A stretch of 64,000 nucleotides of DNA from Minisyncoccota bacterium (GCA_031291875.1 JARLIE010000165.1:1119-65118); one strand, 5' to 3'; counted from the stretch's first letter, positions 20,179 to 30,207 are shown. Notes: generated by a model not told the origin, from the letters alone. Made by a program: numbers and translations.

Positions 20179-20784
20179 TCACCTGCTGTAAAATTCAAAT
20201 AGTGTCGAATAATCCAGCCCGGCTTCGACTTGGTTGTAGTGCGGCTCTCCGGTGACTTCGATTGTGAGCAAGTTGGCGTCCACGGTAAGCCACTGCGGCA
20301 CCGGACGTTTATCCTCCTTTTCAGCGAGCGAAGCGTAAAGTGAACTGGAGCGAACTCCTTCGCGAACCTCAACCTTGTCCCCTGCCTTCAAGCGGTGCGA
20401 CGGGCGAGTAATCTTTACCCCGTTTACCTTGACGTGTCCGTGCGAAACGGCTTGGCGTGCTGCGCGGCGAGTCGGCGAGAAGCCAGCGCGATAGAGAACG
20501 GAGTCGGCACGCATCTCGAGCGAGCGGTGCAAGTCTCCGGTCGGGTCCTTGTGCCCGATTGCTGCTTGTGCGTAGTTGGAAAGCTGCTTTTCCGAAAGGC
20601 CGTAGGTGTAGCGAATGCGCTGCTTCTCGAGAAGCTGGCGTCCGAAATCCGAACCTCCGCGGCCGCCGCGGCGCTCCTTCTTCGCGCGCGCTTCGGAAAA
20701 CGCAAACTTTTGCGTTTGGGTTTGCTCGAAGATTCCTGCTCCGAGGCGCTTGGCAATCTTGTATTTTGATTTAACGGGAAGCAT
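20179..20784 (-). CDS. rpsD: 30S ribosomal protein S4
   Basis: QLLEKQR..YG, LEMRAD and ARQAVSHGH. Confidence 0.96.
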   Translation of the reverse strand: MLPVKSKYKIAKRLGAGIFEQTQTQKFAFSEARAKKERRGGRGGSDFGRQLLEKQRIRYTYGLSEKQLSNYAQAAIGHKDPTGDLHRSLEMRADSVLYRAGFSPTRRAARQAVSHGHVKVNGVKITRPSHRLKAGDKVEVREGVRSSSLYASLAEKEDKRPVPQWLTVDANLLTIEVTGEPHYNQVEAGLDYSTLFEFYSR

Positions 20785-20799
20785 ATGAAATTTTGAAAA

Positions 20800-21234
20800 T
20801 TAGACGCGGCGGGCTTTGCGCGGGCGCGGACCGTTGTGCGGAACGGGAGTCTCGTCCGCGATACGGGTTACGTCGATGCCCTTGCTCGCGAACCCACGAA
20901 GCGCTGACTCTCGTCCTGCGCCGACGCCGCGGATAACGACATCCACCTCCTTAAGGCCGATAATGTTCGCTTTGTCACCGAGAAGTTCTCCAACCTTCGC
21001 TGCGGCAAACGGAGTTCCCTTCTTCGCCCCGGAAAAACCAAGCGCACCAGCTGAAGACCAGGCAACGGCGTTGCCACCCTTGTCCGAAAGGAGCGCCTTC
21101 GTGTTGTTGTAGGTGGCGTGAATGTGGAGCGTGCCGGCAACAATGTTCTTCTTGGCAACACGTGCCAAAGATCGAGACTTGAGTCCCTGGTCGACGCTAC
21201 CTCCAGATTTGCGGATGATTCGCTTTTTTCCCAT
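20800..21234 (-). CDS. rpsK: 30S ribosomal protein S11
   Basis: HIHATYNNT, KGTPFAA and TPVPHNG. Confidence 0.97.
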   Translation of the reverse strand: MGKKRIIRKSGGSVDQGLKSRSLARVAKKNIVAGTLHIHATYNNTKALLSDKGGNAVAWSSAGALGFSGAKKGTPFAAAKVGELLGDKANIIGLKEVDVVIRGVGAGRESALRGFASKGIDVTRIADETPVPHNGPRPRKARRV

Positions 21235-21260
21235 AAGAATTTAGTAGATGTGGATTGATT

Positions 21261-21641
21261 TTATGTCTTCTCAAGCTTGCGGCGACCTGACGTCATCGTG
21301 ACACGCTTGTTGCCTCGGACGGTGCGCGAATTGGTTTTCGTGCGCTGACCGCGGGCTGGCAGGCGTTTGGTGTGACGAGTGCCGCGGTAGGCCTTAATGT
21401 CGCGCAGGCGGCGAATATTGGCACTGATTTCGCGCTTGAGCTCACCTTCGAGAGTAAACTTCTCGATTGCCTCTCGAAGAGAGGTCTCTTCCTTTGCGGA
21501 GAGATCCGCCGGTTTGCGATTGGGCTCGATATTGAGTTCGGTAAGCGTTTGTTCTGCGCGTGATCGTCCGACTCCGTAAATAGAAGTCAAAGCGATATCA
21601 AGGCGCTTTTCAGGTACGGTAACTCCAGCGATACGAAGCAT
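21261..21641 (-). CDS. rpsM: 30S ribosomal protein S13
   Basis: RIAGV, IYGVG and LPARGQRTKTNSRT. Confidence 0.97.
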   Translation of the reverse strand: MLRIAGVTVPEKRLDIALTSIYGVGRSRAEQTLTELNIEPNRKPADLSAKEETSLREAIEKFTLEGELKREISANIRRLRDIKAYRGTRHTKRLPARGQRTKTNSRTVRGNKRVTMTSGRRKLEKT

Positions 21642-21646
21642 AATGA

Positions 21647-21763
21647 TTATCCTTGGCGTTGTTTATGACGAGGGTTGGACGAACAAATGATGCGCAGGCG
21701 ACCGCTCCGGCGTACAAGCCGGCAGTGCATGCAGATCTTCTTAACGGAAGCTTTCACTTTCAT
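21647..21763 (-). CDS. rpmJ: 50S ribosomal protein L36 (zinc-binding form)
   Basis: [14 protein letters not shown]...[13 protein letters not shown], 38 aa. Confidence 0.96.
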   Translation of the reverse strand: MKVKASVKKICMHCRLVRRSGRLRIICSSNPRHKQRQG

Positions 21764-21773
21764 GTTGAAAAAA

Positions 21774-21980
21774 TTAAACTCTCCTGACAATTCGAGCTCT
21801 TCCGCCGTATGGATCCAGTTCAAGTTGAACCTTATCACCGACGAGCACTCGAATGCGGTGCAGACGCATTTTTCCCGCGAGGTACGCAAGCGTAACTTCA
21901 CCGGAATCAAGCTTTACCCGAAATAGCGTGTTTGGAAGCGCCTCTTCGACGATTCCTTCCACAACTTCAGCGGGAGCCAT
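21774..21980 (-). CDS. infA: Translation initiation factor IF-1
   Basis: [10 protein letters not shown] and [16 protein letters not shown]. Confidence 0.96.
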   Translation of the reverse strand: MAPAEVVEGIVEEALPNTLFRVKLDSGEVTLAYLAGKMRLHRIRVLVGDKVQLELDPYGGRARIVRRV

Positions 21981-22033
21981 ATCTGCGCGTCTATGTATAG
22001 CAGCAATCGATTTCCGAGTCAAGAAATCGCGCT

Positions 22034-23476
22034 TTATTGGGAGGCCGCAGGCGGTTCGACGACCACGCTGATGTCTGAAGGATTGGCCGGAAAGGTTGTT
22101 TTCCAGAAAGGCTCGATACGAGCATGGGCCTGCTGGATGCCCGGGAAGCTGCTTGTAATCGTCGTGAAGGCGTTTTGGTCGTGCCCTGCGAGGTCTGAGG
22201 CGAGTGCCACCGTATCGACTTGCCAGACGAGCGTACCGGTACCCGCAAGTTGGAAGCTAAAGGGATCGGTACCGAGCGTCGAGGACGCTTCGGTAATGCC
22301 TTGGGCCGCAAACTTTGCTCCGGGGATGAATGCAAGTGGAACATCCGCAGAGGTTTCCCCGGCATTTGCAGCGAGCGCCTGTGTGAAGGAAGCAAGATCA
22401 AGAACGGGAGTCTGGATAGTTGCTTGTTCATTGATCTGTACGCTGCCGTTCGCTGCAGGTGTGTTGGGTAGGTCTTGATAGGTAATTTGTGTCAATCCCG
22501 GCAGAAGGATCGTTGAAGTGCCATTTTGTGCAGCAAGCGCTGTTTGCGCCTCTTGAGAGAGCTGGCTCTGGAGCGCAGCGCGCGTACTGCTCAAGGTCGT
22601 CGGGTCGACAGCTGCCTGCGTGCCCGAGTAGCCCCCTGTCGTCGAGGCGGTCGATTGTGCGTAGATGTTCGAAAACATAGCCGGTGTCGATTGCAGGCCC
22701 GGGACGGTAAAGCGAGAAACTGCGGAAATGTTGTATTGCTGGCCTGGCTGATCGGCTACGATCGTCGTTGAAATGTGCCCAGGAGTCGTTCCTGACTTGC
22801 CCGGAACAACAACAGCAGTAGGGATGCGGAAAATGAGACCGTTCGGAGTCTCGAAACGAGTATTGGCGATCAATTTGACGGGCCCAGTCGAGTAATCATT
22901 GTAGACAGTGATATTTCCCTGCGCTCTGGTTTCAACATCTTGAGTTCCTTGCGCCTGAACCGTCTTCGATGCTTGGAGGCTGGAGCTTACCAGGGTGTAG
23001 GCGATGGTGTTCGGCGTGTTGTCGGCCGCCGGATAGGCGGTGAATTGAGAGGTTTGATCAAACGTGATGACGTGCGAGCGAGGAATCACCGTAACCGTTG
23101 TCTTTCGAAAGGCAAAGAGTGCGAGGCCGGCAAGCAGCACGATGAGAATGAATGCCACAATCCATGGCCACCAACGGAACGTCTTCGGTCGCTTCGGCTT
23201 GGGCGGAAGCGGCGGAACACCGAAGTCGGATGGATTTCGCTGATCGTTCACCGCAGGTCGTGAGGGTCTCGAAATGCGCTGAGGAGCATTGATATTTCGA
23301 ATACTTCGCTCGGGTGTCGGAACCTCTTCTTCCACTACTTCGTCCTCGGGCTCATCTTGTGGCTCGGGAGACGGAGGCGGGGTTACTTTGCGAGGCGCTG
23401 GTGCTGCGTTTACCCGAACGGCGCGGCGCGGCGCGTCATCCGGCGGTGTGATGTCTTGAAAATAGTCTTTTGCCAT
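22034..23476 (-). CDS. Single-pass membrane protein with a Pro-rich cytoplasmic N-terminus and a beta-rich, baseplate-J-like ectodomain
   Basis: DI-x-PP N-terminus and one TM, then GNITVYN..TRFETPNG..FR..ADQPGQQYNI..TTGG pattern. Fold assignment is from memory. Confidence 0.6.
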   Translation of the reverse strand: MAKDYFQDITPPDDAPRRAVRVNAAPAPRKVTPPPSPEPQDEPEDEVVEEEVPTPERSIRNINAPQRISRPSRPAVNDQRNPSDFGVPPLPPKPKRPKTFRWWPWIVAFILIVLLAGLALFAFRKTTVTVIPRSHVITFDQTSQFTAYPAADNTPNTIAYTLVSSSLQASKTVQAQGTQDVETRAQGNITVYNDYSTGPVKLIANTRFETPNGLIFRIPTAVVVPGKSGTTPGHISTTIVADQPGQQYNISAVSRFTVPGLQSTPAMFSNIYAQSTASTTGGYSGTQAAVDPTTLSSTRAALQSQLSQEAQTALAAQNGTSTILLPGLTQITYQDLPNTPAANGSVQINEQATIQTPVLDLASFTQALAANAGETSADVPLAFIPGAKFAAQGITEASSTLGTDPFSFQLAGTGTLVWQVDTVALASDLAGHDQNAFTTITSSFPGIQQAHARIEPFWKTTFPANPSDISVVVEPPAASQ

Positions 23477-23512
23477 AAATCGGAAGTATATCACGCATGG
23501 AAGCGCGGAGAT

Positions 23513-24649
23513 TTATGAAGAAAGCTCCGTGTTGACAAGATTGCACGCGATGCAAAGATCTGCGTCCGTAAATAACGAAGGCTCGTTTTTTGGAACACCG
23601 GAGAGTTGGCGGACCGTGAATGAGCCCGCAGTGAGCGACCGGGTGGTCGCCGTAAACTGAGTAAAGTCGATGCGGGCAAAGAATCGCGAAAGCCACGGCG
23701 CAAGCGATGGCGGCACAATGAGAATCAGCTCGTCCGGAAGTTTGCGCCCGGCAGTCACCTTCGCCAATGCTTCACCGAAGACGTGGACGAGCTCCGGCTC
23801 CGCCTTTGCAATAGAATCTCGCAACTCTGTGCACGCCGCATCGTCGCACTCATCCTTCTCGAGCATATCCATGAGCGTGATTGTTTCGGCCGCAGGCTTC
23901 CCCTTAGCGAGGGTATCCATGATTTGTCGCACGCCTTGTTCGACGAGCACACGTTGATCGAGCACTCCTTTGTGGACCGAAATCAGATCCGTCGCCTCGC
24001 CATCCATCTCGACGATGAGGTATGAGCCCGAAGGGTCGATTTGTGTTGCCGCGACGAGATCCGCTCTCGCGCTCGAGCGCCAGAGAATGCTTGTTCCCGG
24101 GAACAGTTTCGCGAGCGCTTCTGTCGCACCAGTTTTAATACCCTTGTCACAATCGCTTATAAGTGTAAAAACATCAATTTCTTGGGCGCGCTTCGCGGCG
24201 GGATCGGATGCGGGATAGCCGTTTAGAAGGATCCGAGAGACGCTCGCCTCCATAAAATTTGCCCGGTCTATGTCTTTTTGAGTCTCGAGTGCCTGTTTGG
24301 CTAGTTCGGAAATCATCGCATCCGTAATAGCTGTCGCACGATCTAGTTTCGTACCCGCCGAACCCGAAAAGGACCTGCTCCAGGGCGAACCGACAACGAC
24401 ATAACACGTAGAAATCGCTTTTTTTCCAACCTTGGTATACTCCGCCAAGACCTTTTCGCCCGCGGTAGCAAGCGCCTGTAGCACACCGGAGAGCTGTGCC
24501 TCCTTGCTTCTTACCTCGAGCGCAAGCTCCTCCCTTGCGTGCGCCAGAAGTTCCGGTTGTTGACCGGTTTTGAGAAGCGCGATCCCTGCACTGCCGCTTT
24601 CGATCAGGGCGATCGCCACTACTTGTCCGTTCGAACGCTTGCCGAACAT
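23513..24649 (-). CDS. Divergent FtsA/PilM-like actin-fold protein
   Basis: IALIESGSAG (degenerate DIGS), ILLNGY and LIVEMDGEATDL patterns. Start at MFGKR, 7 nt after TACAAT. Confidence 0.55.
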   Translation of the reverse strand: MFGKRSNGQVVAIALIESGSAGIALLKTGQQPELLAHAREELALEVRSKEAQLSGVLQALATAGEKVLAEYTKVGKKAISTCYVVVGSPWSRSFSGSAGTKLDRATAITDAMISELAKQALETQKDIDRANFMEASVSRILLNGYPASDPAAKRAQEIDVFTLISDCDKGIKTGATEALAKLFPGTSILWRSSARADLVAATQIDPSGSYLIVEMDGEATDLISVHKGVLDQRVLVEQGVRQIMDTLAKGKPAAETITLMDMLEKDECDDAACTELRDSIAKAEPELVHVFGEALAKVTAGRKLPDELILIVPPSLAPWLSRFFARIDFTQFTATTRSLTAGSFTVRQLSGVPKNEPSLFTDADLCIACNLVNTELSS

Positions 24650-24662
24650 CGGCTCTATTGTA

Positions 24663-26579
24663 TCAGAGCAAAACGGCCTTAATGCGACGAATGCCCGAGG
24701 CAACGGCCTCCTCCTTTTGAATCTTAAAGACTCCGGCAAGTTCTTTTGTGTTTTGTACGTGCGGGCCGCCGCAGAATTCGATGGAAAACGCGCTTGAGAA
24801 CTCAGGATCTTCAGACGTCGCCTCTTTTGGACCGATTGAATAGACAGAAACCATATCGGGATACTTTGCGCCGAATTCATGCTCTGCGCCGAGCTTCTCA
24901 GCCTCTTCCTTTGGGAGAGTTGAGCGTGTGACTGGCAGCTCTTCTTTAATTTTTTCGTTCACGATTTTCTCAACCTCGGCAATCTGCTCTTTCGTCAGCT
25001 TCGACCCGTACGAAAAGTCGATGCGGAGTCGCTCTTGCGTGATATTGGAGCCCCGTTGGTGTACTTCGGGCCCGAGAACCGTCTGTAGCGCCTTGAGAAG
25101 CAGGTGGTGCGCCGTGTGCAGCCGTGTGGTCTTTTCGGACGTGTCGGCGAGACCGCCCTTAAATTTTTGTTCGGATCCGGCTCGAGAGAGATCGCGATGC
25201 TTCTTCATTTCTCGCTCGAACCCATCGGTATCGACGTCGATGTTGCGCTCGCGAGCCAGTTCCAGCGTCATCTCGAACGGGAATCCGTACGTGGTGAAAA
25301 GGGTGAACGCCTCGGAAGCCTCGATGTGGCCTGTCGCGGCGATCTTTTCGAATTCCCGCATGCCGACCTCAAGCGCCTTGCCGAACTGTTTCTCCTCCTT
25401 CCAGATCTCGCTCGTGATCAGTTCGTACGCCTCCTCGCTCGCGAGCTCCGGATAGGCCTGCTTGTATTTTTCTATAATAAGAATCGCACAGCGATTGAGC
25501 ATACTCTCTTCGTTTTGGTCTTGCGGTATGCCCAGCTTCTGAGCATGTTGTGCCGCTCGACGGATAAGACGCCGCAACACGTACCCCCGCTCGGTGTTTG
25601 ACGGTCGTACGCCGTCGCCGAGCATCATGGTGGCGGCTCGCATATGATCCGCGATTACCCGAAACGATTTTTGGTATCTGCTGTCGTTATATTCCTTGCC
25701 CGAAAAGTGCTCCAGTAAGGTGACTATTTCCGAAAGTGCGTCCACCGCAACGAACACATCCGGATTTCCCTGCGCGGCTGCGGCGAGGCGCTCGAGGCCC
25801 CCGCCAAAATCGACGTTGCGCTGCGCGAGTTTCTCAAAGCCGCTTTCGCGCTTGATGAATTCCATGAATACGTTGTTGCCGATTTCCATAAATCGGCCGC
25901 AATCGCAGTTGGGGTGGCATTGTGCACCGTATTTGGGATCGTGGGGCGTACCGAAGTCGTAAAACATCTCGGAATCCGGTCCACCCGGCTCACCCACCGG
26001 CATGTTGGCTGGCTTCCCTGCACGACTCCACCAATTCTTGCTTACGTCGTACGCGAAAATGCGTCCGCCGCGCATGCCAAGACGATAGCCGTCGGCTTCG
26101 GATCCGATCGAAACGAATTCCGCATCGATACCGACGCTCGCAAACATCTCTTTCCAAATGTCGATCGATTCATCGTCTTGCGGTACGCCGATCGAAGGTT
26201 CTCCGGCAAAAACAGTGACGTACAAATTTTGAGGATCAATACCAAGCTCTTGCGTGAGAAACTCAAACATCCATGGTATCTGCTCGCGCTTGAAGTAGTC
26301 GCCGAGCGACCAGTTGCCGAGCATTTCAAAAAACGTGGTGTGGCGGTTGTCACCAACCTCGTCGATGTCTACCTCACGAAACGATTTTTGACTGTCGGTG
26401 ATACGCGTGCCGAGCGGGTGCCGCTCGCCGAGGAGGTACGGGATCATCGGCTGCATTCCGGAACCCGTAAAAAGCGTGGTCGGATCGTTTTGTGGTACCA
26501 GCGACGCGCTCGGAATAATCGTGTGTCCTTTCTGTTCGAAAAACTTCAGATATTTCGAGCGAATTTCGTTGATGGTCAT
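24663..26579 (-). CDS. alaS: Alanyl-tRNA synthetase (short form lacking C-Ala)
   Basis: HTTFFEMLGNWSLGDYFK, DFGGGLER, DHMRA, HTAHH and EFCGGPHV. Confidence 0.97.
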   Translation of the reverse strand: MTINEIRSKYLKFFEQKGHTIIPSASLVPQNDPTTLFTGSGMQPMIPYLLGERHPLGTRITDSQKSFREVDIDEVGDNRHTTFFEMLGNWSLGDYFKREQIPWMFEFLTQELGIDPQNLYVTVFAGEPSIGVPQDDESIDIWKEMFASVGIDAEFVSIGSEADGYRLGMRGGRIFAYDVSKNWWSRAGKPANMPVGEPGGPDSEMFYDFGTPHDPKYGAQCHPNCDCGRFMEIGNNVFMEFIKRESGFEKLAQRNVDFGGGLERLAAAAQGNPDVFVAVDALSEIVTLLEHFSGKEYNDSRYQKSFRVIADHMRAATMMLGDGVRPSNTERGYVLRRLIRRAAQHAQKLGIPQDQNEESMLNRCAILIIEKYKQAYPELASEEAYELITSEIWKEEKQFGKALEVGMREFEKIAATGHIEASEAFTLFTTYGFPFEMTLELARERNIDVDTDGFEREMKKHRDLSRAGSEQKFKGGLADTSEKTTRLHTAHHLLLKALQTVLGPEVHQRGSNITQERLRIDFSYGSKLTKEQIAEVEKIVNEKIKEELPVTRSTLPKEEAEKLGAEHEFGAKYPDMVSVYSIGPKEATSEDPEFSSAFSIEFCGGPHVQNTKELAGVFKIQKEEAVASGIRRIKAVLL

Positions 26580-26644
26580 CGAATTAAAATAGCGTGAGCC
26601 GCACTTTTGCGCAATGAGCCTCTGGGCGCTACTATGCCCGAGCT

Positions 26645-27916
26645 ATGAACTACAACACCCACACCCTCAAAAACGGCCTGCGAGTCGTCCTTGCCCCGAT
26701 GCCGGGCACCGAGACCGCAACCGTCGTTATTATGACTGGCACCGGCTCGCGCTATGAGGACGAGCGGGAAAACGGCCTCGCGCACTTTCTCGAGCACATG
26801 TTCTTTAAGGGTACAAAAAAACGACCAAGCGCGAAGGCGATCAGTGAGGAGCTAGATGGCGTCGGCGCGGTTTACAACGCGTTTACGTCCAAGGATCGCA
26901 CAGCGTACTACGCCAAGGTCGGTGCCCAATACGTGGAGGTCGCGCTAGACGTAATTACGGATATCTTTTTGAACTCGACGCTGCCTGAAAAGGAAATCAA
27001 CAAAGAGCGTGGCGCGGTCATTCAGGAAATAGATATGTACGAAGATATTCCGATGCGCATTGTCGACAATGTCTTCGAGGAGCTCCTCTTCGGCAAGGAT
27101 CACCCGCTTGGCCGTACCATTTTGGGGCCAAAAGAAAATATCCGTGCGTTTTCTCGCAAGGATTTCGTGACGTACCGCAAAAAGCATTACAACGCAGCGA
27201 GTTCCGTCGTTTGCGTAGCCGGCAACTTTGACGAGAAGAAGACCTTGGAAAAAATACAGAAGGTGTTCGGCAAATTGCCGAAGGCGAGCGTCTCGAAGCC
27301 GATGCTCTTTGCGGACGCGCAGCGCGGCGCGCGCGTCGCGATCAAGCAAAAGAGCACTGACCAGACGCAGCTCATGCTCGGACTGCCCGCCTATCCCTAC
27401 CTCCACAAGGACGAATACGCGCTTGCGGTGCTTTCGACCTTGCTCGGCGGCAGTATGTCGAGCCGACTCTTCACTGAAGTGCGCGAAAAACGTGGTCTTG
27501 CCTACTCGGTGCAATCCTGGATCGAGAAATACCCCGACACCGGCTATTTTGCGGTGCAGGCGGGCGTCGAACACGGCAAACTCGAAAAGGCCATAGAAAC
27601 CATTATCGCTGAATTCCGCAAAGTGAAGGTGAAAAAAGTTTCTGCTGCGGAACTAAAGAAGGCCAAGGCATACTTGAAAGGAACGACAACGCTCTCACTC
27701 GAAACCAGTGACGAGGTTGCCCAAAACGCGCTCACTTCTCTGCTTGAAATCGGTAGAATTCGTTCGCTCGAAGAGCGCCTGCAGCTGATCGATAAGGTTA
27801 CGGCCGAAGATCTTCAACGCGTCGCCAAGGACATTTTCAAATCTGAGAAGTTGAACCTCGCTATCATCGGGCCGCACCCGGACGAACACAAATTCGTTCC
27901 GCTTCTCAGGATCTAG
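26645..27916 (+). CDS. M16 family zinc peptidase
   Basis: HFLEH inverted zinc motif, NAFT and SRLFTEVREKRGLAY. Confidence 0.94.
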   Translation: MNYNTHTLKNGLRVVLAPMPGTETATVVIMTGTGSRYEDERENGLAHFLEHMFFKGTKKRPSAKAISEELDGVGAVYNAFTSKDRTAYYAKVGAQYVEVALDVITDIFLNSTLPEKEINKERGAVIQEIDMYEDIPMRIVDNVFEELLFGKDHPLGRTILGPKENIRAFSRKDFVTYRKKHYNAASSVVCVAGNFDEKKTLEKIQKVFGKLPKASVSKPMLFADAQRGARVAIKQKSTDQTQLMLGLPAYPYLHKDEYALAVLSTLLGGSMSSRLFTEVREKRGLAYSVQSWIEKYPDTGYFAVQAGVEHGKLEKAIETIIAEFRKVKVKKVSAAELKKAKAYLKGTTTLSLETSDEVAQNALTSLLEIGRIRSLEERLQLIDKVTAEDLQRVAKDIFKSEKLNLAIIGPHPDEHKFVPLLRI

Positions 27917-28593
27917 AGCCAGCTGATCGGCTGCTTGCCGTGCGCAAGTAGGTACTGATTTGTTTTGCTGAAGGGCTTGGAGCCGAAAAATCCGTGGTAG
28001 GCGGAGAGCGGCGATGGGTGCGCCGATTGGATAATCTCGTGCTTTGCCCAATCCACCAGGGTTCCTTTGGATTTTGCATAGTTGCCCCAGAGAATAAAAA
28101 CGAGGTTTTCTTTTTTGTCGGAAAGCAGACGAATCACGGCGTCAGTGAACTGCTCCCATCCCTTGCCTTGGTGCGAACCCGCTTTGTGTGCCTGTACGGT
28201 TAGTGTCGCGTTCAGAAGCAAAACTCCCTGCTTGGCCCAACGCTCCAAATCGCCCGTTCGATGCTCGAGCTTTTGCCCGAGATCACTCTCTAGTTCTTTA
28301 AAAATATTTTGGAGTGAGGGCGGAAGCCGCACACCTTCATTTACTGCAAAGCAAAGTCCATTGGCCTGCCCCGGACCGTGATACGGATCCTGGCCGAGAA
28401 TAACAACTTCGACCTTATCGAACGGGCAAAGCTCAAATGCGCGAAAGATATTCTTTGGTGCCGGATACACGATGGCGCTTTTATATTCGCTTTTCACGAA
28501 CGCTCGGAGAGTTGTGAAATAGTCTTTCCCGAACTCCTCTTCAAGAGCACTTTTCCACGACGGCTCCATCTTGACGTCATCCGCGTCAGCCAT
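27913..28593 (-). CDS. ung: Uracil-DNA glycosylase family 1
   Basis: GQDPYH, PPSLQNI and HPSPLS motifs. Confidence 0.96.
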   Translation of the reverse strand: MADADDVKMEPSWKSALEEEFGKDYFTTLRAFVKSEYKSAIVYPAPKNIFRAFELCPFDKVEVVILGQDPYHGPGQANGLCFAVNEGVRLPPSLQNIFKELESDLGQKLEHRTGDLERWAKQGVLLLNATLTVQAHKAGSHQGKGWEQFTDAVIRLLSDKKENLVFILWGNYAKSKGTLVDWAKHEIIQSAHPSPLSAYHGFFGSKPFSKTNQYLLAHGKQPISWL

Positions 28594-28596
28594 ATG

Positions 28597-28851
28597 CTAC
28601 CGAACGCCTTCGTCGAAAAGAATCTCGTGTTTTCTTTCAATACCACCGCGATTGTAACCTCGCATACTGCCGTCACTCGCGATGACGCGGTGGCACGGGA
28701 TCGAAGGATCGTAGTTGGAGCGCATAACTGCGCCGACGGCTCGCGCTGCTTTCGGATTACCCGCTCTCGTCGCTACTTCTTTGTAGGTCATCGTCTTCCC
28801 TTTGGGAATTTTTCGGACGATGTCGCGGACTTTGTCTGCAATAGTTTTCAT
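28597..28851 (-). CDS. Short MGMT/Ogt-family alkylguanine DNA repair protein
   Basis: IPKGKTMTY, ARAVG and the PCHRV active-site motif; 84 aa, C-terminal domain only. Confidence 0.88.
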   Translation of the reverse strand: MKTIADKVRDIVRKIPKGKTMTYKEVATRAGNPKAARAVGAVMRSNYDPSIPCHRVIASDGSMRGYNRGGIERKHEILFDEGVR

Positions 28852-29663
28852 ATACCGAGTGTTGCGCGCTGATCCGGTTGTTCCATCGCCTGCTTCTTTG
28901 CCTTCGCTTGGAATGGGATCAACTTCTTGCCCACTGCTTCGCGGTAGCGGCAGTAATCGCAATCTGCAGACGACTCGGGCAACTCGTCGCTATCTAAACA
29001 AGTCTTAATTGCGACCAGCGTTCCTTCAACCCACGAATCGTCGCCGCTGTACGGAATAAGCGTAAGTTCGAACTCGAGCTTTCCGTCGAACGCCTCTTTG
29101 TCTTTGCTGGCATTTGCATATACCCAGTAGCCTGTATTTGAAACCGTAAATCCATTCTGGCGCAAAAGCCACTGATAGACCTCGATCTGGCGCTTGTAAC
29201 CGTCGTGCCAGGCTTCGTCGAGCGATTCTATTTTTCCATCCTTGCTCGTAGCCTTGTAGTCGACTACGATTAATTCATCGTTGGGCGTTACCCAGATATC
29301 GTCGACGCCGCCGCAGACAGTGAGTCCGGTGTGGTGTTCGCAGACTATGCCGCCGCGCAGCGAGTCGCGCCACTCGTCCATTTGTGTATGGGCGAATGGA
29401 ACGGCGTCGAGCCCGTAGGCTTTCATCAGCGGGTGTGCCGATTTTGCGGCACGATGCGCGTCGAATTCTTTTTTAAGGAGCGCGTCGACTGCCGAGTTGA
29501 GGTTAAAAGGAAAACCCGGCGGCCGAGCCGTGCCGAGCTTGTTGTCGATATAAAAGCAGCGCTTGCAGTCCAAGAAAAGCGAGATTTTCGAACGCGAAAG
29601 ACGGAAATGTTTGCCGCCGTAGTTCCAATTGTGGTTGCGGTCGGGCTTGTAGTAACCACTCAT
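28848..29663 (-). CDS. PD-(D/E)XK nuclease, Cas4/AddB-like
   Basis: CKRC near the N-terminus, GGVDD..VVDYK, QIEVY and C-terminal CDYC. Confidence 0.82.
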   Translation of the reverse strand: MSGYYKPDRNHNWNYGGKHFRLSRSKISLFLDCKRCFYIDNKLGTARPPGFPFNLNSAVDALLKKEFDAHRAAKSAHPLMKAYGLDAVPFAHTQMDEWRDSLRGGIVCEHHTGLTVCGGVDDIWVTPNDELIVVDYKATSKDGKIESLDEAWHDGYKRQIEVYQWLLRQNGFTVSNTGYWVYANASKDKEAFDGKLEFELTLIPYSGDDSWVEGTLVAIKTCLDSDELPESSADCDYCRYREAVGKKLIPFQAKAKKQAMEQPDQRATLGI

Positions 29664-30190
29664 CGCGTGAGTATACCACTCCCTCCATTTTGACGCTCAA
29701 AATCACTCTCAATTGAGCCTTCGTGCGCCGCAAACCAATGCTTAAAACGATTTTCTATGTACCACATGCCGGTGAGAACAATGAGCGTTAGCAACGCGGA
29801 AAAGACAGAAACAGAGTACATGCCAAAACCAACCGCCATACCGATTGCCGTTGCAATCCAAAGGCACGCCGCAGTGGTGACTCCATGAACCGTGTCGCCC
29901 CGGAAAATAATCAATCCAGCGCCGATAAAACCGATGCCCGTCACGATACCGGGCGCGAGTTGAAGCGGCTGGATATTGACGACGCCTAGATAAACGCTGT
30001 CGACGTAGTTGGTAATCAGAATGAAAAGGCAGGCGCTCATCGCGACGAGTCCGAACGTGCGCATGCCGGCAGGCTGACGAGCGAATAATGCTCGTTCGGT
30101 ACCTATGATGCCTCCCAAAAAGAGCGCGAGCATCAACTTCACAAACATAACGGCAGTAGGATCGATGAGAAGCGCGGGTCCCGTTATCAT
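29660..30190 (-). CDS. MgtC/SapB family membrane protein
   Basis: GGIIGTER, AGMRTF, IVTGIGFIGAG and GVTTAA. Confidence 0.9.
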   Translation of the reverse strand: MITGPALLIDPTAVMFVKLMLALFLGGIIGTERALFARQPAGMRTFGLVAMSACLFILITNYVDSVYLGVVNIQPLQLAPGIVTGIGFIGAGLIIFRGDTVHGVTTAACLWIATAIGMAVGFGMYSVSVFSALLTLIVLTGMWYIENRFKHWFAAHEGSIESDFERQNGGSGILTR

Positions 30191-30207
30191 AGGCAAAAGT
30201 ATATCAT

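Noticed and set aside
22034-23476. Prophage or contractile tail locus suggested by the baseplate-J-like domain
   Set aside because: The protein is membrane-anchored, sits among housekeeping genes, and has no tail or sheath neighbours.
28848-29663. CRISPR-Cas locus suggested by the Cas4-like gene
   Set aside because: No repeat-spacer array or other cas genes were seen in the window.
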